Assembly: GCF_009914755.1 (NCBI RefSeq)
Contig: NC_060925.1
Source of the DNA: the human T2T-CHM13v2.0 reference genome, Homo sapiens
Direction: 5' to 3' (one strand)
Length of the DNA: 64,000 nt
Under the pieces are notes generated by a model. That model made no database searches. It saw nothing but the letters and a program-made list of their open reading frames with translations, and was not told the origin of the DNA. The position numbers and the translations under genes are program-made. Numbering within the stretch: the stretch's first letter is position 1; every line of letters begins with the position of its first letter. Positions 39,800 to 54,429 of the stretch are shown here, piece after piece.

Positions 39800-40255
39800 T
39801 AGAAAGACAGGGACACATGAGTGGAGACTGGGAGGACGACTAGGTTCACTACTTAGGGAGGCCAGAATGGAGTCTTTTGTGGGTAATGAGGGCAGTTCAG
39901 GGAGAAGAGGGCAGTAGAAAAGGTATTTTGTCACAAAAGATTAAAATGTGTCAGGGAGACAAGCATAGAGATTTATTTTATTGTTATAAAACAGAATATA
40001 AAAGTAGGTTGGGGTCTAACTATTGTGGACTTCGAGTGATCAACGAAGGAGTTTATATTTTTTCTGATATTTTATGCCATTGAAGGTTTTAGGGCAAGGG
40101 ATTGCCATGATCAAAGTAGAAGAATCAGTCTGGCTGCAGCCCACATAATCATGGTGACATAATAAATTGTAATGACTCAAAGCAGTAGCTGGAAATTGAG
40201 AAAGAAATACATGAATTAGAAGGTGTTGAAAATCGCTTATGTTGACTTGAGACAA
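39800..40255 (-). mobile_element. L2 fragment
   Basis: gccattgaaggttttagggcaaggg...tcagtctggctgcag. Confidence 0.45.
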
Positions 40256-40827
40256 TGGTATTCATCTTTTCTGTGAGTGTATTTGTCTTCTGTTTAGAAA
40301 AAGACAAAGCAAATGAAAAACAATCTCTTCATTCACCTCCAGAAAGGGGTTGGGAAAGACAAATAAAGGGTTATTCATAATCTGTTGGTTACCCTCTGTT
40401 GGTAGTGGACAGAGATGAAACACTTTTTCGCTGGTGCACAACTTTATTCTTAGCCGTGAACATCTGTAATTAGAGGAACCACCATAGTGATGACTGAATT
40501 GAGAAATCAGCCCATTAGAGGATCTGGTGGTAAAGGAATGGAAATCATTATCTAGCACAAGTAATGCAAAGTTGGTCACTTACTCATGTGTGAGTTACTG
40601 TGCAAACAATTCTGACAAAAGAGGGGGGAATGCTATGGAATCAATATTGTCTTTATTGTGAAGAGGAATGAGAATGAACAAAACCCTGAAGCTTTGAAAT
40701 GTGGTAAATCTCAATACATTTACTCTGAGAATGTGACTGCATCCCCACAGTTCTTCAGAGAAAGGATGTGTGGGTGTGAGAGTGAGTGGGTGTGTGGGAA
40801 AAGCTAATAACAGTTCTAGGTTAGCTT

Positions 40828-40890
40828 GCTTCCTTCCTTCCTTCCTTCCTTCCTTCTTTCCTTCCTTCCTTTTTTTCTTTTTTTTTCCTT
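40828..40890. repeat. (TTCC)n / pyrimidine tract
   Basis: Directly visible. Confidence 0.9.
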
Positions 40891-43775
40891 TACAAAGCCT
40901 TTACAATAGCAGTTTTACACCTTTGAGGCCTTTGCTAATTTTTGAGACATTTTATACTCTTTCTATTTAGGCATTAATCAGGAAATTGGTCTTTTCAAAG
41001 TGTGAATCATGAATAGTGAATATGAAACATTTTAAGAATGTAGTAGGAAAGATATTAGCACTTTGGGGAGGTTGCTTAGTGGAGTGAGGGAGCTAATGAA
41101 TACTCTGAGTTATCTAGCTCTTTTCATCTATGCTAATTAGCCTTAACAAGGCAAGTTAAAATAATTTCTTTCCTAGGCTTGTACAGTGTAACTTCCCACT
41201 TAGCATTTCTTGTCTCCTTACAAGCCTTATAACCTGAGGCAATCCCAGATATTCCCTTTGGGAAAGAAGTATTTGAGAGTTATGCTCACGGCACTTGCCT
41301 TTATTAATTTTATGGAAAAAATCCATTTTAACATTCATTTTCATATTTGAGTACCCAAGAATTTGAGGTTTGTATGTAACCATTGTTGGGATTTTGTTAA
41401 AAGAAATGTTATAGTACAATCCATCATGACCCAAACACATCTTGATGAAATGTTCTGAAGTTTCGTATCTTTAAAAAAAATGTATTATGCTATTTCTCTT
41501 ATGGTTCTTATCATAGTTTGTTGAAACATTCCAAGGAATTATAGTTCTAAGCTACCTTGTATTTGACAGATGTCAGTAGATGACAGGAGATTAATCTATA
41601 GTCCTCTCTCTCTCTTGTTATTTGATTAAACAGATCCATGCCACCATCTTTCCTTCTTGCCTGTAGAATACACACACACACGCCCACAAACACACACACG
41701 CCCTTCTATTTTTCAGAATTCTTAGCCACACCCCCTCCCCTCACCACCACCGTTTTTCCACCCTGGTGCACATTTTTGTAGCCATTGCTCTTTAAGGTGA
41801 CAGTGAGAGAGACTTCTTATCGATCATCTGACCTCCCACACAATTTGTTGGAGGTTGACACACTCCCTGCCATTTTTGCTTTGTGGAGGCTGAAAGGCCC
41901 ATTCATTACAGGGATGGCTTTATTAAAGAAGCAACCCCCAAATTCAAGTGGATTAAGCCATCTGGCTACAGAGTGAAATCCTTCACAATCTTATGACAAT
42001 CTATGTCCCCCATCCTTCCCTATGAAGGTAAAAGACTATATATAGATTTTCCTTTCATTTTTTATAAATGCTCCTTGGATTTTTCTATCATACTGCCCTC
42101 TATTCTCTGAGGATAATTCTTAGCCATAGCTCCTTGTGCTTATTTCTTTATAAATTGGCAGTTTTTAAAATGAAAATCATTTTGCATCTATTTAGATGAT
42201 CTCAACATTTTCTCTGTTTACATTAGTTTAGGGCACCTTTGAGTCATTTCCTTTTCATTTCTTTTCCATTTAGCCTGGATGTTTGGCCCCATCTGTGGTT
42301 AGTGAGAACTGAGGCAGAAGCTGAGTCCACCCTTCAGTCACTCTGTACAGCTGTCCTTGGAAATTCCAGCCTTGAGGAAACATACATTCACACATAGCTT
42401 GTTTCCCCCGAAATAAAGGTTTTGATCAAATATGCAGGAAGGATGTTTTCTGTGACTTGGGTACAGTGGGAAGTTTTGCATATTGGCCTCTCTCACCTGC
42501 TGTTGAGCACCTTGGCTGTGTCTTTGTTCACCTCCCCCCGTCAGTGTTTTGCACAGCAGACACTAACAAGTATTTATTGAATGAATGAATGTGCAGATGA
42601 ATGAAAGTAGCATGAAGGACTAATGCTGGTGTGGTGATTGTGTCTTGTTTTCTCATTGTTCCAATATTCTATCTCAGTTTCCTCTCTCAGGAGAATGCCT
42701 CTTTGAAGTCCCTGAAGAATTACAGAATAGTAGATGCTGATAAAAATTTATACCAAATCAGTAGGAGGATAAGGAAGGTAATCTAGAAGTATCTACAACT
42801 ATACTTTGGTAAACTGTTACAAATTCACCCCTCCAGGCTCTATAAATTACTTTGCCAGAAAAAAAAAAAGGATTTTCTTTCATGACAATTCAAATACAGC
42901 ACTTCTCCTTCCCTGATTTTAAGAGTTTGACAATGGATTAAAATGAGAGTCTGGAGGTAAGAGAACTTGCTGAAAGGGAGTCAACTAATAGTCAACTAAC
43001 TATGATTAACAGAATATAAGCACTGAAAATTCTCCATTGTGAGTTAAGATTTGCAGGCCTGCAAGCCTAGTGACATAAATGTCATATGGAGATTCTAAAA
43101 AGCAATGAGTTCTATCTGTTAGGTGATTTAATTATGTTGACCCTTAGTTATTTTGAAATCACTTGTTTACAACTGGCTCTAAATCAGCTTTCTGTTAAAT
43201 TTTCAGTATAAGAAATTGAAATTATAAGAATTATGGGTTTATACATGTAAGTTGTTTTAACATATTCAGTCATGTTCCTCTTTGGTGAGAAGTAGAAGAA
43301 ATTATTTGTTTAAGAAATATATAGGAAAATAAAGCAGAGCTATGAATGCATAGCAAAGATGGGAGTACTCTCTCTGGTGGTCTGGTTGGCCTCCTACCAG
43401 GAGGTGAGTCTCTTTAATTCAATATCCAGTAATAATCAATGTATTTGAAAAGCACATCTGTACATAATGGACAAATTGAAAATGCTTCCATCTTCCTGCT
43501 CCTTGTCTCAGAAAAAAAGTCATCTTTTCAATCTTTGTGCTTTCTTTGCATTTTTTGGGCACAATTCTAATTGCACGCTAGTCACATTTTGGAGTCATTT
43601 TTAATTGCTTATCTTCTTCTTTTTCCTGGAATGTGAAATCCTATGTCTCATTCATCTGTTTTCTCCTATCAATGTCTAATATGTGGTAATATGAAATTGG
43701 GACCACTAAGAAGTATCACTTGAATAGTGAATATGGGAGGGGAAATGCTTATATGAGGAAAATGTGCTGGACACC

Positions 43776-44142
43776 CGTATTAGTCCATTCTTGCAGGGCT
43801 ATAAAGAAATACCTGAAACTGGGTAATTTATAAAGAAAATAGATTTAATTGGCTCATGGTTCTGCGGGCTGTACAGGAAGCAAGGCTGGGGAGGCCTAAG
43901 GAAACTTTTAACCATGGCAGAAAGTGATTCAGGCATGTCTTACATGGATGAGGCAGGAGGAAGACAGTGAAGGGGAAGGTGCTACATTCTGTTTAGCAAC
44001 CAGATGTCATGAGAAGTCACCATCATGAAAGCAGCAAGGGGGAAATAGGTCCCCATGATCTAACTACCTCTCACCTCCTCTAACATTGGGGATTACAATT
44101 TGACATGAGATTTGGGTAGGGACACAAATCCAAACCTTAGCA
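43776..44142 (-). mobile_element. MSTA/THE1D-like MaLR solo LTR
   Basis: gtattagtccattcttgc...ataaagaaatacctgaaactgggtaatttataaag...gattacaatttgacatgagatttgggtagggacacaaatccaaacc. Confidence 0.88.
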
Positions 44143-44674
44143 ACATTGTTTTTTTTTTTTTTTAAGTTTAGACCTGGTGTTACAACTACATAACCTGGAT
44201 CAAGTCATTTAACTCTCTAAGGTGAGAGTTTCCTATTCATAGGAAGAGGAGAATAGCCACCAAGAAGAAGCAAAAGAAAGATTATGTGTGGACTGCTTTC
44301 AGACCTGTAAAGAGCTGTTCAGTTTATGTTATTATGTTAGCATTTCAGCCAGTGGGAGTGCTCTTTGGGTCTCTCTCCACTCCCTGAACATGTTCAGTGA
44401 AAACTATTGGTTTATCTAAAGTTTTAAGCTGTGGGTCTCATGTACAGATTTCTTTCACTTCATGTCAACATTGATTTCCTTCCCTCATAAATTCAAAGCA
44501 TAAAGGGTCAGAGTTAAAGGTGTATGATTGCATCTTGGAAACTACAGTCTCACTATAGTCACAACACATTGTACTACAATGTACAAAAAATGTCAAGAAT
44601 ATAATTCAGAAACTGTTCCTCAGCTACTTTAATTCTTCAGTTGTGCATTGGGAGACGTGTTAAAATGTCCATAC

Positions 44675-44810
44675 TGAGCCTTCACCTTTGTCATTTGTAA
44701 AAAGGGATGGCAAGACCCACCTATATGGTTGTTATACAGATAAATGAGATAATACATCTTAAACACCTTGTACAATGCCTGGTCATCATAAGACTTGTAA
44801 TGAATAGTAG
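44675..44810 (+). mobile_element. MIR 3' half
   Basis: tcatttgtaaaaagggatgg...taaatgagataatacatcttaaacaccttgtacaatgcctgg. Confidence 0.65.
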
Positions 44811-45419
44811 CAATGTTGACCATTATTCAAGGAAGAGAGAGTTTAGTATGGACTGGAAGAATACTGGGGAGCTAATGTGTGTGTTAGATTTGAGTGCAGG
44901 AGATGAATTTGCATAGAGGTAAATCATGAAGAAAGGCTCTGAGGTGACTGAGCTAATGCAAGAATCAATATCAACCCAGTCGTTCAAACTGAAACCTGGG
45001 TATCAACTGTAGCTTGTCCCGTACCCTCATGCTCATTCCTAAAATATTCAATTCACTACCAACGTCTATCAATTCTAACTTCTTTCAGATCTACCTAATC
45101 CTCTCAAATTCCACTGCACTTTTCCATTCCCAGTACCTCTCTCCAGCCAGGATCCCTCCCACTACTGTCAGTCCCCAGGGTGTCCACCATACTCTTGCCC
45201 TCAGGTCTTTGAACGTGCTGCTTTCTTAACATAGAGCAATTAGCCCCTGGCTGCCTTTCCTTCCCCAGTTGAGCACACAGCAAGCACACATACATTAACT
45301 CCTAGACTCCTTTCCTCCAGTAGGTCTTTATCATAACATTGCATTTCCTGTTTATTTCTCTCTGTCCTTCACTAGAATGAAAAAACAAAAAGCACTCTGC
45401 TAACCATCAAATAAGAGCC

Positions 45420-47173
45420 CACTTTCCACAAATTCTCAGCACACACCAGACAGTCTTCTTGCATTCAAACTCTGCCCTTCTTTCCCATACTGTGGATAAA
45501 TTGTCCCCATTCCAAGACCAACCTTCCTTCACATACTCAATCCCATCTCTCTTACCAAAGTGAGGACATTACTGCAGATATTCTTCTCCTTTTCTCCTAC
45601 ATTATCATTTCTCTTTTATAACATCATTTCTGCAGATATGTAAAAATACATCCCATCTTCAAAAAGAAAAACAAAAATCTGACTGTACTTCATATCCCCT
45701 TCTAGACATTGCCACATTTCTCTACTTCTGTTTACAACAAAACTCCTGGAAAGATTTGTCTATACTGGCTTTCTCTACTTCTTTTACTTCCATTCCTTTC
45801 CTAACCACTCTAAACATGCTTGGGTCCCCACCACTGTAACAAATATAATTTGTGTCCAATAACCAGTGATCTCTGTATCACCGGTTCCAAGGGTGAGATC
45901 TCAGACTTCACCTTTCTGGATTGATTGACACATTGGACTCAGTTGGTTACTCCTCACTTCTTGAAACTGTCTTCACTGGGCTTTTTGGACTCCTGATCTT
46001 GGCTGTCTCTCATCATATTTTTTTTTTTTTTGGCTTTTCTTTACTGGTTTCCCCTTATCCCCCAACCTCTTAAGGTACACTGTGTTTCCTCTTCTCTATC
46101 TGTACTTTCTAACAAACCAGTCTCATGGCTTTAAGTGTGAACTATATGTTGATAAGCCCCAGATAACTTAATCTCAGACCTCACTACTGAACTCCAGAGT
46201 TACTACCTATTTCACATCACCAAGTTCCTATTGAGCATTTCATGGTGAACTTATCTAAGATGAAATGTCCAATTCCCACCTCCTTCCCAAAACCATTCTA
46301 GACAACTCCAGTTCAATGCAACTCCATTCTGCCAATTGCTTAGGCCTAAAATCTTGTAGTTGTCTATCAGTAGTCTTCATCACATGAAAAACCTTGGCTT
46401 CTTTTCTTTATCACATCCAATTTATCAACAGATATATCTAGGAGCCAACCCTCCAAGCCATTGTCATCTCCCATGTGGATAACTGACGTAATCTATCTGG
46501 TCTGTTTCCACCCTTACTCCCTGTAATCTTTTATCAAGATGGCATTCAGTACAAATTTTTTTTAATGTAAGGCATGCCATGTCACTCCTCTGTTAAAACA
46601 CTTTCCAGTGACTCAATATCTCTAGTAAATAAAAGTCAATCTATTTTTAGTGACCCAGCTACCTCCCTGACTTCATGTCCTACGAATCTCCTCCTTGTTA
46701 GTTTACAAATCCTGTAGGACTCTCTTTTGGCTTCTACTACATCTTCAAGGATGCCTTCACTGAAGGGCCTTTGCACTTGCTATTCTCTCTGGCTGGAATT
46801 TTCTTACTTCCCAAATCTACATGACTCACTCCCATTCTCTCATTTTCCTCAATTCTCTGCTCATTTGGCACCTTTTCAGTGAAATCTTACTTTATCACCT
46901 AATTAAAATAGTATCCTCATTTCTACCCTTGGCATTTCCAGTTATTTACCCTGCTTTATTGTTTTTCCCCGTAACAGTTACTGCTTTCCGATATACAATG
47001 TTAGTTTGTTTGTTTGTTGGCTATTATTATCCACATGAAGGCAGCTTTGTGATAACAGGGATTCTATAGGTTCCCCCTTCCCATCATTTGTCTTTATCCC
47101 CAATACCTAGAATAACATCTGATACATGGAATGTGCTTAAGAAAACATTTGTTAATTGAATAAATGAATGAAT
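45420..47173 (+). mobile_element. Long L2 (L2a-like) 3' fragment
   Basis: L2 blocks ctcctcacttcttgaaact, tctcatggctttaagt, tctcagacctcactactgaactccag, gggcctttgcacttgctattc; ends in gaataaatgaatgaat. Confidence 0.8.
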
Positions 47174-47884
47174 GTTCCTCTTAATTGATTATGGGAGACT
47201 AGGATATCAGTCATTTCTTCTAGCTCTGCAGCTAAATATACTAGTGTAGAGTAAGATTCTTATGGTTGTAAACTTGGCATGTTACATTTTATATCTTTAG
47301 ACTACTTAGCAGATTCCATGGTTGAGTTACTTTTAGAGATTTTCTTTCTTTTCACGTTCAGACTTCTGCCTTTAAATATCATAAACTTAAATGAACACAT
47401 AGACATCAGCAGCTTTAAACAGTTCTGTACGGATGCCCTCACAATAGTGGTCTAAGCAATTGTTTTGCTTTTAGCATAGCTGGCTCAGTAATTTCTATTT
47501 ATGTTCCAAATGCCATTGAAAAGCCACTGAATATTACTCAAAGTATGCCAATATGAAAAATATCATCAACTGCCATTTTATTTCAAGCTGGGCTTCTGCA
47601 CAGCAAACTGTTCCAAAGTTGGTGAAAACCAAAAATCCAAGTCACCTTAAACAGAAAGACAGATGTAAAACAGTGAGTAACTTTTTAAAACAGAAAACAA
47701 ACTTAATGTGCTGTATATTCTTTTATTATTTTCTTAGCATTTTTTTGACCTGTTATTTGTATTGAGTTTTTTCTGTTATAGTGAAAACTGTTTTATTATT
47801 TCCACAGATAGTTTAGTAAGATATGAAAATCTCATTGTAGACTGCCATGGTTGGCTTATTTCTTCACTTATTCTCATGATGTCA

Positions 47885-48040
47885 AAGTTCAGGCTTTGGA
47901 ATCAGGCTTGTTCATTTGGAATCTAAGCTCTTTGAATTTTCATCTCAGTAACATCAGACAAATTGCTCAACATCTCTAAGACACAGTTTTCTCATGTTTG
48001 AAATGGGAATAATAAGGTTGTCATGATGATAGAAATAAAC
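47885..48040 (+). mobile_element. MIR
   Basis: caggctttggaatcagg...cagttttctcatgtttgaaatgggaataataa. Confidence 0.6.
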
Positions 48041-48222
48041 AATTCCTATATAACACTCAATACATATTTACCAGTATTTCTGATGTTATTAATGGGTTCT
48101 CTTATGCTGTAGGAAGAGCTGTTTACCAGTAGTTCATAATTTGGAGCTGGATATATTATCTCCAAGATATAAACTTTTTGTTCACTTTCTAAACAAAACC
48201 CATTAATCTGAATATATGGATT

Positions 48223-48265
48223 CCCGCCCCCGCCCCCGCCCCCGCCCCCCCACCCCCAACCCGCC
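48223..48265. repeat. (CCCCCG)n GC-rich micro-repeat, G4-type on the minus strand
   Basis: cccgcccccgcccccgcccccgcccccccacccccaacccgcc. Confidence 0.9.
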
Positions 48266-48731
48266 AAAGTGCAGTGCTTGCTCCTTTCTCTGAGTCATGG
48301 TCTGACATATTTCTTTGAACTTAAAAATTAAGTTTTTCATTTATATTACATTTGCTGGAAAGTTTGTTTTGTTTGCATAATATAATATTTATTTTAAGAG
48401 AAGACACTTATATTGTGAAAGCACTCTCTCCAGAACAATACACAACATATAGGATGATTCTGATGATAAAGGAATTAGACTACACATCAAGTAAGTTCAT
48501 TTAAAATAATGAAGAAATTATAAGCAACAGAAAGTGTTCTACATATTCAACCAAAAGGATTTAAAAAGCAGATTGCTTACCACAAAAAGTAGAAAACAAT
48601 AGACACAAATCTAAAATTAAGATAATTTAAATAGTTACAATAACTTTGTCTATAAAGATACAGATTGTAATTTTGTACTCCAGGTAGCATAAATCAATCC
48701 AAACTATATTTTAATTGATATTGTAAGAATT

Positions 48732-48844
48732 TTTTTTTATTATTATACTCTAAGTTTTAGGGTACATGTGCACAATGTGCAGGTTAGTTACATACGTATA
48801 CATGTGCCATGCTGGTGTGCTGCACCCATTAACTCGTCATTTAG
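48732..48844 (-). mobile_element. Young, heavily 5'-truncated L1PA (L1PA2/3-like), 113 bp
   Basis: Reverse complement ctaaatgacgagttaatgggtgcagcacaccagcatggcac...ccctaaaacttagagtataat plus A-tail; perfect 15-bp TSD gatattgtaagaatt at 48717-48731 and 48845-48859. Confidence 0.95.
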
Positions 48845-50779
48845 GATATTGTAAGAATTATAATCACACAAACCAGTTAGAAATCAAGTCTAACCTAAGC
48901 AAATTTAACCTCTTCAGGCCTTTATTACTATTGTTTGTAACCTCCATGTTTTCCTTTACCATTTTCTTCCATATTCAGCTTATAAATAATTAATTCCCTA
49001 TACTCAGAAGTTGTATTTAAAACAAAACAACAAAAACACATTAATAACTAGCAGACATCAAAGATTTTAATAACCCAGACCAGCGAAGAATAAGAATCCA
49101 AAATAGCTTCGTTACAATAACAAACTGATATATTCTATTGTAACCTTTAGTTTGCTGTAGATGGATACTTCATTAAAAATAGATATTAGAGGTAAAGTTA
49201 TGTATACAACACAGAGAAATGTAGTTGACTTTTCCAAATCTGGTAAAATGGATGTTTCCCCATCTTTAGGTGAAAAAAAAATTCTACTAATCAGAGACAA
49301 GAATATAAGATATAGAGCTTTGCAGAATAACACTCCAATCATGTTTGCTTCATGAATATATATTAGTGACTTCAAAATCTAGGGCATACACTGTCTTTTA
49401 AATGCATTTTAAAAAATGACATTAATGAAAAGAAGGAATTATGGGGAGGTAAGACCTTGTTCTGTCAAGTTTAGTACCTGTTCTAAAAACAATGATTCAG
49501 AGTTTTAAGCTAAAACTGTCTCTTCTAGTTAAAATACCCTTCTGACCAAATAGTGATGCAGAAAACTTTTAAAAGTCAAATGGAAATCAGCTTGGTAAAA
49601 CATTCTTGGTGTTTTTAAGTGACTCTCCAACAAATATTTATCGAGCACCTCGTTGTGTCAATACCATGCTTTTGCAAATGGCTCAGTTAGTTATCATCAA
49701 TAATAGTATTGTCTAGATTTTGAATAATAATAATATTACTAATAATACTACTAATAATATTCTTAAAGGGTCTAAAAGAACTTTCCTCAGTCTCTTTCTC
49801 GAGTAATGTTTTTTCCATGTGGCAAAATGTTTCCTTCCCTGAGCTTTTTTTCGGGAACACAGATAATCATCATTGTTCCTTCCTTGAGTTTATAAACTAA
49901 TGATTCTCTCCATTTGCTCCACCACTATTTAGCTCTCTGCTGGGCTAATCTAAGCATCAGAATCCTTGGTGGTTAATAAATGAGCATCTTAGAAAGAATT
50001 CCACTGGGAACATGGTATTCAAATCAGCCCTCCAGGGCATTTTGTTGCAGTGAATTCCCACAGGTACGTGGCGCAAGATGGGAACTTCTCTTGGGAAGGT
50101 TATTTATGTGCTCAGCCTGTCTATACAGAATTCAGGTATAGAATACCTGAAAACACTCAGAAGCAGCCGTCAACCCCCAGAAGGAACCATTTCCCCATGT
50201 ATACAGTTGAGCAAGTGAAAGCCATTCTGTATGTAAGAAAAGTTGTCAAGGGGCAATATTGAGGTTTAATAGTGCTCTCTAAGTCACTTGAAAACCAAAT
50301 CTTAAAAATGATGTAATGTATACATTTGGCCTTCATTAGTGTTGTATTAAGCAGGTAGGCATTATCTTGGTCTAACCATTAAGTACAAATGCTTAAGCAG
50401 CTTAAAGCCCTGAAGTCGGAAGCACTTAGAAGCTCTGGTAAAATTGTCCATAATACAAACTAATCTAAAGCATCATAAATACTTAAAGATTGCTTAGCAT
50501 ATCTTTACTGTCATTGTTTTGCAAGCAGCTTACTTTCTCTAGGATAATAAAGATGCAAAGATCAATAATATACTATTTCTTAGTAAAGGAATCAAATGCA
50601 TATCTATTTTTTCCTCTCTATGAAGGCTGTCGATTTTTTCTTCTTGTTTTTGAACAGTATCAGGCCTTGCTAGATGGCATGAATTACTCAGAAGCTTACA
50701 GACATCAAGGTAGGGGGGTCCTGAAAGGTGTGGCAGGGGTCGCTGAGCAGTGAGAATAGCCGGGAAGTGAGTGCTGAGT

Positions 50780-51000
50780 GATGCAGTGGAGAATGTATAG
50801 AACTGGAAGGGAGAGCCTGGAATCAGACGTTAGGTTGTTTGAATCCTGATAGAAGAATGTATTGGCTTGTGAATTAAGGCAAATTATTATAAACTACTGA
50901 AGTTATTTAAATCTCCCCTCTGAGAATTCTTAAGGGAATAGCATGAGATAGGCCTTTGAAAGTGCAAAATGTAAAGCAACATAGTTATTGTTGTTGTCGT
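50780..51000 (+). mobile_element. MIR
   Basis: gcctggaatcagacgttaggttgtttgaatcctg...ttgtgaattaaggcaaattatt. Confidence 0.45.
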
Positions 51001-51559
51001 TGTTATTTGTAGGGAAGGGGTTAGTTTGGTTTGGTTTTTTAAATAGAAGGAACAGGGATCTGAAACAGCAGCCATGCTTGCTGTCTTTCCCAGCTTCTTT
51101 TCCAGTCTGCCACAGAATGCCTCATGCGGTGACTTATACCTAGTAGGTGCTGTCTGAATATTTAAGGAATGAATGAAGCTTTTTTCTCACAGTTCTGAAC
51201 TTTGCAGTGTGAATTATGTACTTCCTTATAATGATGTTATTTTTATATACGTCATCTCACCTGTTAATTCATGGGCCTCTTGTCGAGTACATATCAGTCA
51301 CAGTCATGTACCCATAGTACCCCAGTTGGTGATCCCTGAATATGCATTAAATGAACTAAATGCATGAGATATAAACCCATCAAGCTTAATAGTTTCACTT
51401 TCACTTTTTAATTACTTTTTCTTTCTGACAATATCTTCTTCTCTTCTGAATTACTGAAGTGATTTATCATGATTATCCAGTAACTTGACTAAGTGCTAAG
51501 AATTTGAGAATTAAAGCAAAGCTCTGTGTCTTTGGAACTTACCATTTACTAACATCAAA

Positions 51560-51770
51560 CATGTAGTAGCTCTTACCATGTGCCAGTCACCCTATTAAGG
51601 AGTATATTTGCCACTGAGTTTGTATAATAACCCATTAAAGTGGGTATTATTATTATTCACTATTTCCAAATGAAGGAATTGGGAATTAGGGAGTAACTTT
51701 CACAAGTCCCCAAGGGGGTAGCACTGGGATTCTAACCCAGGTAGGCTGTTTCCAGGGCCCATTCTGGGAA
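51560..51770 (-). mobile_element. MIR
   Basis: ttaccatgtgccag...ggtattattattattcactatttccaaatgaaggaatt...ctgggattctaacccagg. Confidence 0.6.
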
Positions 51771-51924
51771 AACAAGTAACATGATGACAAGGTATTATGT
51801 GCTAAGTGTTCATGGAGAATTTTTAAAGTGCCATCAGATTTCAGGGAAATGAAATCGCTAGGAATTTGCTATTTGAAAAGATTTGGTGGAGTCAGTAGAA
51901 CTTGAGTTTGAACTGCCTAAGAGC

Positions 51925-52120
51925 AGTAATAACAACTGGAAACACTTGTATTGTACTTGACATGTGCTAAGGACCTTTGGTTAATAATTAGGTCATTTAT
52001 GCCTCACTACAATCCTATGAATTGGGTACTATTATCATCCCTTCCTTTTACCAATGACCAAACTGAAACACAAGCCTTAAATAACTTGCTCCAAGTCACC
52101 CAGCCAGTATAAGGGATTTG
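51925..52120 (-). mobile_element. MIR
   Basis: cctcactacaatcctatgaattgggtactattatcatccc...aaactga...taaataacttgctccaagtcacccagc. Confidence 0.75.
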
Positions 52121-52551
52121 GGGAACAGCAGAGAGAGAACAGGTTGTCCAGATGAAGAGAATGTGTAACCATGTAGGCTTTGGAGAGACTCGAACATATT
52201 CTGCTACCTGTGGATTTTCTCTGGGCAATGAGCAGGAAAGCACTGGAGACAAGTTAGCTCCCACTACAGACAGATTGTAGAGGGTTTTAGATGTGTTGGC
52301 TGAAGAATTTATATTTGATTCTATGCGGGCATTGGAATACTGTTAAAATTATTTATCAGCATTTATTGTTTAGCTTTAGATTATCTATAATGGTTGCAGC
52401 ACTGTGTCTGCTTAGACACTTTTGTCTGGGAAGCCTCCTGACCACCCTTTCACCACTTTCTCCAATTTTGGAATAGATGCTTTTCTGTGTTCCCTGAGGA
52501 CCCAGAAATCTTTGTTCTTGTAGCTCTTACCATATCTTTGTGCTTCCCTTT

Positions 52552-53428
<877 letters not shown>

Positions 53429-53859
53429 CCTTCATCATTCCACCCAAAACCAATGGGCTCTAGTAAAAGAGAAGAAGGGCTTCTCTCTTATTTTCCTGAG
53501 AATGCCACAACACTTAGTACAGAGCTGGAATGCAGAAGGTGCTAAACTTAAATGTGTTAGCCTCCTGAATATGTTCTGGACAAAATATGCTATAAATCAA
53601 TTTTATCTAGTTTTGTTTTATTCTTTGATATCTTGAGTATATATATTTGATGCTTCCTATGTACATCACAGGTAGGGATCAGACCTTTTTGCCTTACAGC
53701 TTCTGTTCTGAATCTGATTCCTTACTAAGGAGACTCTATTAAGTACTTGTTGATTACAGTCTTTTTTGTGTGAGGAGGAAAATAGTACATGCAGACATTT
53801 ATTTACTAGACTTCAGTATTAGCAGTCAATCATTATCTCTTCATAGCAACATTGTCTCA

Positions 53860-54285
53860 CTTTTCAGGTCTACCATGCTCCCAAAAGTCACTGTCAGCTC
53901 TGACCATACCTGCTGTTCACCACTGCTCACATATCCCACATACTTGCCTCCCCTCCTGCCTTTGCTTATGCCATACCTTCTGATTGGAAGCTTTTCTTCC
54001 TGCATTCTTAACATGGAGAATGCCTACTCGAATTTCAAGGCTCACATCACTGAATCTTCACCTTCAGCCTTTCTCATGTGGAAGAATCCATTGTGTCTTC
54101 AAGCAAGTTCCCATAACACTGGGTATCTACTTCTGCTAGAGTTTATTCAAGGAGTATTGCCTTCCTTGCCAGTCAGTGAAATTATAGGGGTCAAAGACGA
54201 GGTCATATTCAATCTCTGTATCTTAAGCACCTAGTACTCTACCTGACACACAGTAAGTCGTCACTAATTGTTCGATGAATAAACT
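53860..54285 (+). mobile_element. L2 3' fragment
   Basis: cctgcctttgcttatgcc...aatgcctactcgaatttcaaggctca...tattcaatctctgtatc...cctgacacacagtaagtcgtcactaattg. Confidence 0.6.
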
Positions 54286-54429
54286 AATGTGTACAATAAG
54301 ATTATTAACAATGATATTCATGCCTAGTATTCCCTGGCCTCCTTCCAGGCCATTTAAATTTTCTTCTTTTTTTTTTTGTCTTATTGAAGAGATGGGATAA
54401 ACAGTCATTCTTAAAATTTTATCTTTGAT

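Noticed and set aside
53770-54234. 154-aa ORF
   Set aside because: GTG start, overlaps an L2 3' fragment, no recognisable motif
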